From Bispira polyomma (Eukaryota), in assembly GCA_965649765.1 (NCBI GenBank), contig OZ287755.1, positions 11,718,001 to 11,782,000 on the forward strand: a DNA stretch of 64,000 nt, given 5' to 3'. Each line of letters begins with the position of its first letter. Within the stretch, counting starts at the first letter, position 1. This document shows, in pieces, positions 11,230 to 24,555 of the stretch. The position numbers were made by a program, and so were the translations under genes. Below the pieces are notes generated by a model that worked only from the letters and a program-made list of their open reading frames with translations, did not search any database and had not been told where the DNA came from.

Positions 11230-11972
11230 CCCCTGATTTATCACATCGCTTTCTATTAGTATTCCACCATATTATATTTGTGTTTACATGAGGCTACACT
11301 AAGGAATTTTTAAATCCCACCATCTTTCCCCTAAAAATCTAGCTAATGAAAGGTGTATCATACTATAGAAGGGTGGTCTCCAACCACCAATTATTCAATT
11401 GTTTGGGCTTCCAGATAAGCCTCACATAATTCCAACAATTTGTGTGTTAATGCTTGCTCTGTGAGTCGATGCTCAGACACCGTGTGGAGGGTTCTGTCTA
11501 CTATACCCCCTCTGATGTCACGTTTAGGATGCCCAAGTCGAATAGGAGCCCTGGGAGGCAAAACCCTCTGCTAGGCGATTAGGTGCGGCAGGTGTCGGGC
11601 TTCCACCCCAGAGTAGCACATTAAGCTTAACACCAAAGCTACTATTTCGAGTCGTAAGGCAATATCAGGTTGATACACAAATTTACATAAATTTACGGAT
11701 TCAAACCCATGCTTCTATCACAATTGAACATTTGATAAAGAAACATCATAGGCCTCAGGCCCATGTCAGTAAGGTTATACATGATTATTCGATTTTTTTC
11801 AGCTGTGAATGGTATTTACTCAACTATTCGTAGTTATTTACATGGATCTTCTGCTATGTATACTAATCAGGGCTAGTCCCGCCTACACCTATTATACATG
11901 CTACTCATATATTTTATATATATTTTAAAATTCTTACCAAGGTTTAAATTTTAAACTATTTTATAAATTGTC

Positions 11973-11978
11973 TATATA

Positions 11979-12010
<32 letters not shown>
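11973..12010. repeat. (TA)n microsatellite
   Basis: Direct reading. Confidence 0.95.
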
Positions 12011-12148
12011 TACTAATATGTACAGAATAAATTCTGTAAACAAATCTTCCACTGTCTTTTCAAGGTCACATAACTGTAGCCTAGCATAACTTCACTTCTA
12101 TATATTTAACTTGTAACTGATCTATTCACATAGAATATATCACACTCA

Positions 12149-12254
12149 GTAATATGAAAATGGGGAGGAAAAATAAAATACTTAGAATCTAAAACAAATT
12201 TAGTAATATGAAAATGGGGAGGAACAGTAAAATACTCAGAATCTAAAACAAATT
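12149..12254. repeat. Two-unit tandem repeat, about 53 bp
   Basis: agtaatatgaaaatggggaggaa...agaatctaaaacaaattt occurs twice. Confidence 0.85.
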
Positions 12255-14005
12255 TAATTTAAAAAAAAAGTATTAGTTATACCAAGAATGAAACATTAAG
12301 TTTGAACTTTTCTTTATAAAAAGACTTGCTTAACCACTTTTCTTAAGACTCCACTTCGAACCCAACATATACATAAACATTTCTACACATATAAAAATGA
12401 GTTCCAGGTAATAAGGTGTCACTAACCACATTATATTTACCCATTACCATTCAGTGGAATGCATATTGAAGCCTCAGTTAAAGGTTACACAACAACAAAA
12501 TGGTATTGTATGGGCAGAAATTCTCATTACGAATTACTTTGAGTTATCTTAGCTAATGAGACCCAATAGTGAAAATTTAACTTTGAACTATCAATATGTT
12601 AACGAAAAGGTAGCCATCAGTGAAAATTAATTCCAGTGAACTTCTCTCCAAAACATTGAATTGCTAAATCCACTGATCAAACTTCTGGAGTAGCCCAGTT
12701 TATTATCTTAGTAAGCTTAGTATTTAAGCTGTGGTAAAGGGGCGGTGGTAAAAGATATGGAAAAGACTTCACCCGATTAGCTCCTGTCAATAATTTTAAG
12801 CTAGAGTTGTCTGTATAGCTCATTAAAGAGACTGATCTATAGTTTTTGTAATAGCACAACGTAAATTGTATATCTATATAATGTCTTCCTTTCTATTATA
12901 AGGAAGACATTATATATTGTAAGATATAGCCCATCCAGTGCACTACACAACTATAGTACAGACAAAAAACAAGAATTTAAAAATTTTACTTGTAATTTTA
13001 AGTGATCGATGCTAAAGTTTTAACTGAAAAAAGAAGTAACTGAAACAAAACACACTAAATTAAATAACACATGAATTTCGAAACTTTTACTTGTAATTTC
13101 AAGGGGTGCTAAAGTTTTAACTGAAAATAAATAAGTAACTAAAATGAGAAAGAAAAAACACCCAATAAATAGTTCAGACATAATAACAGTAATATAAAAT
13201 GTCTATAAAAAGCATTCTGATCTCATAGTAAAGTTAGATTATATTTACTATCATTTTATCTTCTTTGTAATACTTGTAGCACATAATTGTTACTCCCCTA
13301 TTGGAAAAGGGGGAAGTTTAAAACATTGTTATTTATATAGTCTAAACTATTGACTGTGTGAACTGAGACAGAAAATAAAGTGGCCATATATTACCATATA
13401 CAGTGGTGTTCCTATTTGGAAACTTGCATCATTGGTATGACTTACGTAGGAAGTTAGAAAGAAGTGCCAATTATTAACCAGTTTTGCCAGTTTAGAATGC
13501 AAATTTGCAGAAACATCTTTAAAAAAATCAACATCTAATTTACTGTAAATGTATGAATTGTTCTCTGCCTGTAATTCGTCACATTAGAAAGTCAGTAGCA
13601 AAGTAATATATCAATGAGGTAAATACAGTAAAATAAACACTCCCATGTATGAAGATATAATCTAAATACATTTTTCAGATATACAGATGACACAGATTTT
13701 ACTCCTAAGGGGTTATATTTTGAGTTCAGTTACAGTATTAATGCATGTTGAGCTACCGGTTTGTAAGAATGTTTCTGGAATTGTTGCAAAGCTTCAGTAG
13801 GCAAATATTGGGATCATAGAAGTATAGTTAAACATCTAGTGAAAACAGTATGTGTTTACAGTGTAGTCTGTTTCAACAAAGTCTTCTGGTGAATGTTTAA
13901 TAAACTATCCCAATGTATTTCTTAATAAGCAGAGTAGAACCTATTATTGAGTGTCATCTCAACATCTGGCACCTTAGCCCTTAGAATAACCTAAAGCTTG
14001 TAAAC

Positions 14006-14790
14006 CTAACAAGCCCCACTACCCAGTTAGCCCAAAGATATAGTACAGTGATGAGACTAAACAAGCCCCACTACCTATTTAGCCCCATGATCTAGTACAC
14101 TGCTAAACTCTACCCAGCCCCACTACCCAGTTAGCCCCACAATCTAGTGCACGGAAGAGATCTAACCAGCCCTACTGCCAAGTTAGCTTATAATATAGTA
14201 GAGTGATAAGATCTAACAAGCCCTACTACCCAGTTAGCCCCATGATCTAGTACAAGGAAGAGACCCAATCAGCCCCATTACCCAGTTAGCCTCATAATAT
14301 AGTACATAGATGAGCTCTAACCAGCCATATTACCAAGTAAGTCCCATAGCCTTGTAGACTGCTAAGACCTGACCAGCCCCACCACCTAGTTAGTCCCATG
14401 TTCTAGTACAGTGATCAGATCTAACCAGACCCACTACCCAGTGAACCCCATGATCTGGTACAGGAAGAGACACAACCAGCCCATTACTTAGTTAGCCTCA
14501 TGATCTAGTACAGGGAAGATACCCAATCAGCCCAATTACGAGTTAGCTTCATGTTCTAGTACAGTGATGTTACCTAACCAGTCATATCATCTAGTACAGT
14601 GATGGGAAATAACCACCCCCACTATCTATTTTGACAAATATTCTAGTACAATGAACACCTAACCAGCTCTACTACTCAGTTTCCCCATAATCTAGTACAG
14701 GAAAGAGAACCAACAAGCCCCACTACCCGTTAGTCCCATAGTCTAGTACAGTGATAAAACCTAACCAACCCCATTACAAAGTAAATGCCA
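14006..14790. repeat. 52-bp minisatellite, about 15 diverged units
   Basis: Consensus close to ctaaccagccccactacccagttagccccatgatctagtacagtgatgagat; tagtac at 14041 and 14093 gives the 52-bp period. Confidence 0.93.
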
Positions 14791-16869
14791 TGTGTAGTGT
14801 GTAGGAGAAAATAGATGAATACAGGTTCAAACAAAATTATTATTTAGGTTTTAGGCAGTCATTTCACTGCTTTAATTGAAACTAGAAATTAGCAAGACAA
14901 AAATAAACTCATAAGGCATTTACAAAATAATATACTAATTGAAGTATTAATAATAGGGTTTTCTAGTATCAAAATAAAGAAAAATGTAATAACACATACA
15001 CAATCACATTACAAAAATAAAAAACAACAAACTTTTTCAGAGTTAATAATTTGAAACACAATGAAACTATATGAAAGACCAGTGTATGATTAAAGCCATG
15101 TCCATGTATCTAAGTATTAGCATTTCTAGATCAGAAACCCCTCAAATAATGTGGTACATATACTAGGTCAGGTGACATCTTATTTAAGAAGACCATGATA
15201 CGTTTGTTTTAAATACCTGAAATAAAAACTGTAGTCTAGACCCTTCAATGATTAAATCCAAATTATTATCTAAATATTTACAGGTTTAAACATGGAGGCT
15301 CTAATTTTACAGTTAATTTCACAGCACAATGTTATTTAAATTCTTGTTTAGGTGGAAAACACTTCTAATAGAAGAAACAATTAGGTTAAACTTTGTAAAT
15401 AAAAGCAAATTCATATCCAAATATTAACAATATTTAGGCTTTACAGTTAACTTGAATGTACAATGCAAATTGAGTTTTTTATTTTTGCAAATAAGACTAG
15501 TAATTTAAAGTTTTATTAAGAGGCACTAAATTCAAATACTTTAAAACAAAACTCTATCACCTTTGATGATAATAACCAAATTTTTTTTACAAATGTTTCT
15601 AAAATCATCAATCGACAGTTAATTTCATAAAATAAGAATGTCAGGTGACCAATCATAAAATATAGTCTCCTGTGGATATACTGATTTCAAATAGAACAGA
15701 ACTATTATCTGAAACTTTTTGTGATTAAAACAAAGTTTATACTCATTTATTACATTTTTAGGTTACCTGTGCTATATTTACAGTAAACATTATGTGTTGT
15801 ATTTATGCACTTTCAGTGAGTTTGTGTAAAACCTAAATAAAGAGGAGGATATACAAACAGGGTTGTTTGTTTATGGCATGTGCCAGGGTTGGGGTAATAG
15901 GTTGGGGTAATTAGTCTTGCACAAGGCTTGCATCAGGTTTGATGGGAAAATAGGCAATTTAATACTAAAGAAATAATGACAATCAATCCATTACATCAAA
16001 TTCATATCAAGTTATTTTAATATTTTCAATGGACAAGTTTACTTACAATAACCTTGTGTTGTATTAAACTGCTTAAAGTTTAAAATGAGTAAGAAAGTTA
16101 CAAAAGTTGATAGCCATGAAGAAGGCTACTATAGTACTTACTTGTGTGTATTTTGTTAGAGACCACAGATAACTATTACAGAGAAAATAAAGTATGTATA
16201 ATATAAACCACTGAGCTGACATCTTGGCATTTTCTTTATTTTTTATAAAATATATTTGACACAAAAACATTGTATAGTTTCTCTAGTGTTCACGTCATAA
16301 AATATTTTAATGTTTACTGCACATTGAAGAACCCAGATCTAAAATATTGTAATTTGCATAATATCTTGTTATCAATCAGAAAAAGACACATAGTTTAGAT
16401 TCCTATTACAGATTATTTTTAATGCATGGATGTTACTGTCTTTTATTGTGCCGAAGCACTGTTTATCTCTTTTAGCTAATTTTTATAAATAAAGTAAATT
16501 AATGTCATAGTTACAAATAATTAAATGTAAGACAACACATAAATAATTTTACATGTGAGTCAGAACATTGAAAAAGTTAGCGCTTCCAGTTTATCTTCTT
16601 AGTTTTATGTAAAGGCCCCAAATGTAATTACAATTTACAAAATTAAGTTATTGCATCAATTTACAGAGTCATAAGAAATAATTGTACTTCAAAAATGGTG
16701 TTTGTCCTATAGTCCCTGGCACCTACCGAAAAGGCTTTTTCAAAATGAATAGCATCAAGATTTTTTTTCAAAAGCAGGTTCAGTGACCAAAACAATCAGA
16801 TAATACATAACACATTCAGCGCCAAGACTGTTTAGATCTATTGACAATACATTATCTATGATCAAGTAC

Positions 16870-16987
16870 ATCTAGTGATGAGACCCAACCAGCCCCACTA
16901 CCCAGTTAGCCAATAATCTAGTACAGTGATAAGAACCAACCAGCCCCACTACTCAGTTAGCTAATGATCTAGTACAGGGATCAGACC
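16870..16987. repeat. Detached block of about 2 units of the same 52-bp minisatellite
   Basis: tctagtgatgagacccaaccagccccactacccagttagcc... repeated. Confidence 0.85.
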
Positions 16988-17058
16988 TATGCGGATTTTA
17001 AACGATCAATGGGGTTGGTGCATTAATTTAACCCCAGAGATCGTTTAAAATCCGCATA
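16988..17058. other. Long hairpin, probably the terminus of an unclassified DNA element
   Basis: Perfect 20-bp inverted repeat tatgcggattttaaacgatc / gatcgtttaaaatccgcata, with an inner tggggtt / aacccca stem. Confidence 0.8.
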
Positions 17059-19084
17059 AAACAGTTTAAGTATTTTATTCCTATTCTAAAATGAAAAAAC
17101 TTTTATTTTCATTAACATGATCCCACGACTACTGAAAATGTGTACGAGACGGTTCCTTGTTCTGTCCATGTTATGGCTGTTCCATGATATAAACATACAG
17201 GACAATGGCTATTTAAAAATAAATGCTGATTATTTATTAATAGCTCAGAATTTACTAGAGATAAAAATGTAATGAAAATATGGTGAGAAAGCTTTTTTTA
17301 TTGCGATTACTGTGCTTGTTGTTGCATTAAAATCGGTTAAGAAATGGCTGAAATAATAAAGTTTAATTACAGGTATCCATCTTTTTACAATTTTTTTTTA
17401 CCGCACCAAGATGGAACAGCGTACATTATACTGCGTGTTTTATGCAGATTTAAAACATTGCGCACAATACGTGTTCACGGGCGTTGCACAGCCTACCATT
17501 TTAGAATCTATAATGATTCATGTGTTGTGCAAAATTGTTTGATTTCATGCCAGTTGTGTTCTCCCGGAATCTCTGCCATTGTCCCAGGCAGGAAAATGAA
17601 ACTTCCAGACATATAGTGACATTTGCTTGACTGATGTAATGATATTTTTGTGTACAAATAGAATATATGCCATCTATATGTACATGTATATACTAAAATG
17701 AATCCTCTCATTAAACTGTCACACACTTGTTTGTACAAGATTGATGTTAAACATATTCAGAAATGAAAAATTTACCTACTGTAGTACTGTACTTAAGCAA
17801 AATATGTATATATATACATTAATATATCAAAGTGCACTGACTGTGCAATATATAGTTGTACTTTGTCAGTAACATTAGACATTGGTAATCCCCTGAGATG
17901 TTAGTCAAGTACAATTGTTTTAGATATTTTGAAAATCAAAGACTTAAGCCCTTTACTTTTAAGACTGACCGTTATGCTGGTGACCTCCCCATTTCATTTC
18001 CTTAAAACCCTTTTCTCCACAGTTGCATGTTATTTCTATTTCCCTGACATCTCCAACTATACCGAACACACCTGCATCCCACAACCGGCATCTTCTGAAC
18101 TACGACCTAAGGCCATTCACTATTTGAGACTGTGTTAACTCTTCTTCTCTGTAATTGGTCTGCTCCCTCTTATTAGCCAGTCACCACTTATATAGTGGAT
18201 GGCCTGGTGCTCTAATCGTCCCTATGGTAACAAACATAACAAATAATAAATAGAAAAATAAATAGCAAAAGTTAAAACCTAAAACACAAGTCAAAACCTA
18301 AGAAAGATATTTCTTTATCCGAATCTACATTGCAACCTATTGGTGAGTCCTTATTGGACGAAGACAACAATTCATCAAGAATTCAACAAAATTTGTTCAG
18401 TGACATAAAACTTAAAATGGTGATCTTGCAACTCCAGTACTTTACCTGTAGACAACTGGGACCTTCAGAATTTCCCCGTTACTAGAAAATTGTCTAGGGT
18501 GAGTACTAATCCTTAATAGTGGTTTCTTTAGCTCAATCCCAGTCGAGTCACCATCCTGATCCCAGAAATCGTCCTGCTAGTTTGCCATCTAAACTCCGAG
18601 ACCCGGCTGGTTTGGTTCCTTGCAGTCGAACCTAGGTCTCTGACACTGCTAGAGGTTTCTCTACAGAGCCAGCAAGAGGGGGCATTCTGCATCAGATGGG
18701 TATGAGAGGGAGGTTGTTGAGAATAATGCAGAGCAGTCACCCAACTATTTCGACACCACTGATACCCTTAAAATTGACTGAACTTAGAGGTATAAGACAT
18801 TGGTTTCCCCCTGTGGTCTTCTAATCCTGTGACGTGGAGAAGATGAGTTCCCAGGAGTCATATGCTTTGCCACCAACCAGTGGTATAATGGAATATGATG
18901 AAATACAGTGCTTCTGGTTCTTCTACTTTTGACAAGGATACAATTCAGCGCCACCAAATACAAAATTATCTCGTTAATTTCGTCAAAAACCAGGGAGGAT
19001 TTTTCTCAAGCTATCAGAAACAAATCCTTCTTATTCAGTCCTTGGAGTGGATTGTCAATTTACAAAAGTTGTGAATAGCAATTG

Positions 19085-19518
19085 ACACAAACCAATTGGC
19101 GACTGATGGACAAGGTTGATAATGCACTCATATAATTATATTTAAAGGTCATTTAGGTACACATAAGAAGATGTTTACCATAATCATAACAAATTTAAAA
19201 AATATATAAGAATTTACACACACAAATAATTTAGCAAATTACATAATTTCATAACTACATATCAACCTTGTGAAATGTATATACTTAAGGGTTAACAAAT
19301 CTTAAATGTTACCACATATGGTTTAAAAAGAGCTGACATTATACCATAGAGCAAATACATTTAATTGTGTAAGCTATATGCTTCACATACATGATAATTA
19401 CGTCCATTTGACACTAATTTGCCACACTATTATAACTTAGTGTCATTTAGCTTTGAAAATGTACCCATATGTACCTGAATAAAACTATTACACCAATGCA
19501 AACACAAAGTGTGCCCTA
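19085..19518 (+). repeat. Dispersed repeat, copy B
   Basis: Colinear with 5098-5598. Confidence 0.85.
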
Positions 19519-19833
19519 CTGTTCTCCAATAAATGTCAACTTGTGTAATATATCATTATGTACGCTTATATAACCTAGTCGCATTCAGCTTTGACATGTA
19601 CTCATATATACCCAAATAGAGGTACTATAGCACAGTATATATGCTGTATGCCTCATTTTTCCCCAAGTAAAGCCCCCCAGACATGCAGTACTTCTGTATC
19701 GGCCTATACATTCTCTGAGGCAGTAAACCATTAAGGCTCTGTTCAACAAATTTAAATGGTTTACCAGTATAAAGTGGCCATATATGTGCATGGTGTGACT
19801 ATATCTACCCACACCTACATTGGTACATCCAAT

Positions 19834-20087
19834 AAATTTTTTAATTGGGATATTTGACGTCCACTCTAGTACCTGTTTAAGTTATATTGGGAGGGATAGT
19901 TGGAAACGCTGCAGGAAACCCTGCATACAGTTGATCAAGGTTCTGCACTGAAACCAGCGGCCCACAGTAAGGAACTACCACCTTTCTCACATAGGCATCG
20001 ATGGGAGTCGAACTCATGCCACCCAGAGGTGAGAGACCAGTGATTGTGAAGTGCAATGCTTGCTAACCACTAGGCCACTGTGGCCCC
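19834..20087 (-). mobile_element. SINE family 1
   Basis: Reverse match to 2843-3111; 12-bp TSD ggtacatccaat at 19822-19833 and 20088-20099. Confidence 0.92.
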
Positions 20088-22161
20088 GGTACATCCAATG
20101 AAACTGTGGTTAATTTGTAAATACTGCTGTATATACAATATACCTGGGAACGTCTCTATTGATGGGCTATCATTTCAGTGTGTTGAACTTACCAAGTGAT
20201 GTGAATAAACCCTATATACTATGATAGTCTAAGGCACACCGATTTCCAAAGCAAATCCAAAAGATTTTAGTTGTATTTACAAAAATAATCCAATGATTTA
20301 TAAAGTATGTGGTGAGCCTTGTTAGATAAGTAGATTCATGGAGAAGACAAGTATTGTTGTTGTTTCATGGAGGAACACTAAAAGCTGAAAACTAATAACC
20401 TTGCAATATCATGTTATTTCTGTTTGTTTTGATAGGCAACCCTATATATTTATATGGCAAATATTGACAATGATTCATGGAGACAAGTCTACAGTTGAAA
20501 ACCTACAAGACACTTGTAAACACATTACTTAATTTTACACCATATTTTCTGTAGTGCTATGTTTTAAACTTATATCTGTTTAAAGCAAGCAAGAATTGCA
20601 TCTTTGAGTCTAAAGCTATTATCTCTTATGTTATACCTTTTTGTCAAAGCCTCATTTTTACAGCACATAAAGGGGGTTTTCAACAAGACCTATACCCACA
20701 GGGGCAGGGACATGCATGTCCACATTGTTGTTTCAATTCACACACTCCATCTTTTTGGTAGGTGGGTTTTTTGGACCTCTTATGGCTGGTGGCATCAGTA
20801 AAACATGTGGAATCATATTGTTTATAATTTATTTTCATTAAATATGCAAAAGAGCTTATGTTTTTGCTCGTGCATTTCCGCGGGTTTGTTTGTTTGCTAC
20901 TAGGATTACATACACAATAATTGCTAAACCAATTTGCATGAAATGGGGCATGGACTAAGGTAGAATTCAGTATAAATAGGATCCGGCTAAAAGGGCTGAT
21001 CCAGAATTTTAAAAATTTTTTGGCACTGTAGCACCTTGGTAGAGCTATACACCCTACTGTGTGCCCATCTTGTTTCATGTTTACTTATATTGAATTGAGT
21101 TATTTATTCATGTATGTATGTGACTGTCGGTGTGTTATTTAAAAATATTATGTTGAAAAGCGTGCAGAAGGCAAAATATACATACCTGTGATACAGGTGG
21201 TGCAGAGGCAACACTCCTGCATCCAACTCTGTAGTCATTGTTTCGAAATGGAGCCATGGCAGAGACTTACTGAAAGCCAGGTGATTTAAGTTTAGTAATA
21301 TTGAATAACTCCCACATTCTGCTATCCTGTATTAATAAACTGCTCATATGCATTAATTAAAAGTGATGTTCACCCAAACTGAATCTAAACATAGTTTGAA
21401 CAATTTAAATACATATATTTTGTTGCACACTTTGTTTGTAGTACGTAGCAACTATGCTGAATTAACACAGAATTGAGTGTGCTAATTTCTATCAACTAAT
21501 TGTATAAACTCAATTTTTACTTGTACAACTACTATCATTCCCCCAGATGATGTAATGAATGTAAACAAAAGTATAATATCACAAAAGAGAATGATAGTTT
21601 AGATGTTGAACAATAATGTCTTGGGTCTTTTAAACTACTAGGAATGTATCTATTTAGTTAGTTCAGTTAAGTTATGGTTTAGGTGCAACATGACATGTGT
21701 TTGACCTAGGACAGTAAAATATAAACATTCACTGTGATGTCCTTTATATTAATACCGTCTTTCAGATACAACATATACATATTGTAATTTTATATTTAAA
21801 TACTTATTGCATTTGTTTGCATTCAGAATTGGCAAAAAATTACTTCACATTATAAATATCTATAGTATGGTTCTCAATATGATGCTTATGTTCCTTAGCC
21901 TGAGCACAAATTTTCAGAATGTAAAGTTCATGGCTGCAAAGCAAAAATTAAACATCAAGTTGTGACATTTGTGAACTGTGTAATGAATGTCATAATGTAC
22001 TATGATATCATTAGTGTCCTGTATGGTGCCATTTTAATGCTGCAGCTTATATGTTGTACCACGTAATACTGCAATTATGGGCAGAGATTTGCCATAATTA
22101 AAAGGGAAACAATACGAAAGCCTTAAATATTGTTTGTCTTGTATGTGCAAAATACTTCAAT

Positions 22162-22315
22162 CAGTCCAATGGTGGTGTGAAAAGTTATAAGTTAATAAGT
22201 AAGTTTATTATAAGACAGTAAAAGATTGCATTTGAGGTTTTTATTTACATGTTAGCTTATGTACAGGTTGACAATCAAAGTCAGTTAAAATTTCAGGATG
22301 GAATTTTAAGCCCCA
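22162..22315 (-). repeat. Split direct repeat B2
   Basis: Matches 23415-23568 with one visible mismatch (aataagtaag vs aataggtaag). Confidence 0.95.
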
Positions 22316-23191
22316 TCACGGCTACCATAAAATACAGCCGGGTCAAAAATAAAAACCCATAATAAAGCTAATAATAAGCTAAGAGACAATCACAAATATA
22401 AAGAATAGTGTAAACCCCTCAGTCACACCAGACTTTGGATTAGAACCAATAAAATAACCTCAAAAGAGGAAAATACATTTAAATACATTGATTACTATAA
22501 ACATGACTATCATTAACATCACCTTCAACTAGTTCATTGTGTGAATAATGTACTGTAATATATAACAAAGTTACTTTTGGTGACTAAGATACTAAGAACA
22601 ATTTCAGGGGATAAACTTCCCTGTTTACTGTAAATTCTGACATGTATTTGTGATACATGGATACTAATTGATGCTAGGTGATCGTGTACAAAAAGGTGCC
22701 CTTGTGGGGACCACACGTGTACCCAAGTTATCGTCATTGTGTCTAAATTGGTACGTTGTGTTACTTATTCAACAAGTGGTATTAACTAGCTCAGTAAGTG
22801 TCCCTTGGATCGTTAACTTGAGTCATATGAAGCTGACCACTCTAATGTCGCGTATGTTATAACCCCATATGAGTCAATGTTCAACTATGCTTATAAATTG
22901 AAAATAAGTCCATGCAAGAGAGAACATGCAACGTAGTAACAGCAGGACCCCGGGCCTTGGACACCAACCGCCTAGCAGGGTGAAGTCCAACCTCTCAGAG
23001 CCCCTTATTCCACTCTGGAACCCCAGTGGTGAACTCAGAGGAGGGAGTAAGAAGGAAGGACCCCAGACCCACACGGCCCGGAGCCCGGCCGCCACGTTGC
23101 CATCAAACCTGCCTGGATAACCTTATGCATCAGAGAACCTTAAAAATTTCTATAAATCCTTAATAACGCTGTGGTAAGGGGAGGTGGTGGG

Positions 23192-23568
23192 TTTCAATTT
23201 TCTAAATATCCTGTTCACAGGTGAAAACACAAATTCAATATGGAGGATAGCTATCCTAGCTTAGGGGTCACTAATAGCTAATGCTGTGATTGGACAAGGC
23301 CCAGATGGACAGAAAGTTGGATAATGCTATTGCATTCGCTAGGGATTAAGGTAGTGTGATAGAAAAAGGAGGTTGGACTGATCTAGCAGTCCCCTGGGGT
23401 GGACTTGCTATGCACAGTCCAATGGTGGTGTGAAAAGTTATAAGTTAATAGGTAAGTTTATTATAAGACAGTAAAAGATTGCATTTGAGGTTTTTATTTA
23501 CATGTTAGCTTATGTACAGGTTGACAATCAAAGTCAGTTAAAATTTCAGGATGGAATTTTAAGCCCCA
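23192..23568 (-). repeat. Internal B1-A2 junction (circle-junction copy)
   Basis: On the + strand ...ggacttgctatgca|cagtccaatggtgg... joins the two element termini at 23414/23415. Confidence 0.93.
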
Positions 23569-23575
23569 AGCCCAA

Positions 23576-24549
23576 CTAAGAAGGAGGGATAGCCGCAGCA
23601 AAGGTGAGAGGCACCACTGAAGCAGCTTGGGAGGTCTTCTGTAGGTAGGTCCATACAGCTGAAGACCTCCACAGGCCATGGGACATAATATTCTGCAGTG
23701 ATACGTTTTTATTGAAAGCAAATGTGGCCCCCGACCTCCTAAATGTGTGGAACCCGTGTGAATAGTATGGAATGCCTATGTGTTCTAAGACTCTCTGTAA
23801 TGCGACTCTCACATGTGTCTCTATGACTGGGTAAAATGGTGGTGAGTTAACTGCAAACAGTGGTGCAGATGGAGGGAGAGGCCTAGACAAGATAAGCTGC
23901 TGTATAGCCCTTACTGGACATAAAATTTGGTTTTGAAGTGCAGGAATTTGTATAATGTGGGAGTCTGATCTGTTTTGAAGGTTCTTAGCACATTTCAAGA
24001 TGACATGGGCCCCAGGAGGGGCAAAGATAATATCCTGTCTAAGAAAGTGCCTAGATGGGTCAAACGCTGCCCTAGAGTGAGAAGCCAGATTGGAAAGTCT
24101 CAAGAAGCCGAAAAAGGCTAGAAGGAAAATAGCCCTAAAAAGTACTGGATCCTGCAATATCTGACAAGCTTGGGATATCTGTGTTAACTGATGTATATCA
24201 AACAATCCCTTAGGTCTAGGCCTGAAAGTAGAGTTGATGGTAATGCTTCTCGTAAATAAAGAAACAGAGTTGTGTGTAAAAGGAGCCATACTCCACTGTA
24301 ATTTGTTAGCCATAAATTTAAGTGATGAGAGGTAATTGGCAATGACAGCCGGTGAAAGGCTATTCTGTGCTAAGTATTCTAAGAAAGCCAGAACTGATGA
24401 AACATTAATGTGTTTAATGCCAGCAACATGTAAGAAAGCTAAAAATGTCTTGAATTGGTTACTGTAAGCTGTAGTGATCTTTGGTCGCAGTGCCAAGTCT
24501 ATTCTGTTGCAGGCTGATTGAACAAGTGTATGAGTGGAACTGGCAGAAC
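23576..24549 (-). CDS. Tyrosine recombinase (phage-integrase family) of the Ngaro element
   Basis: Catalytic set FLRLSN (R), HTFRRSGAT (HxxR) and HGLWRSSAVWTY (W, Y). The frame is open up to a splice-acceptor-like site at 24550-24551. Confidence 0.93.
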
Positions 24550-24555
24550 CTGAAA

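Noticed and set aside
14006-14790. CRISPR-like or hammerhead-ribozyme array
   Set aside because: Units are contiguous diverged tandem repeats without unique spacers; gtgatgag is not followed by the GAAA core or the required stems; the context is eukaryotic.
18440-18960. Possible LTR-retrotransposon 5' fragment with PBS-like tggtggcgctg on the minus strand
   Set aside because: No LTR pair or recognisable protein motif found.
20604-21078. Overlapping 65-aa and 132-aa ORFs
   Set aside because: No motifs, no paralogue and no splice support; likely chance ORFs, as are most 60-100 aa ORFs in the track.
23576-24496. Prophage integrase or Crypton DNA transposon
   Set aside because: It sits with gag and RNase H inside split direct repeats, which is the Ngaro retrotransposon layout.
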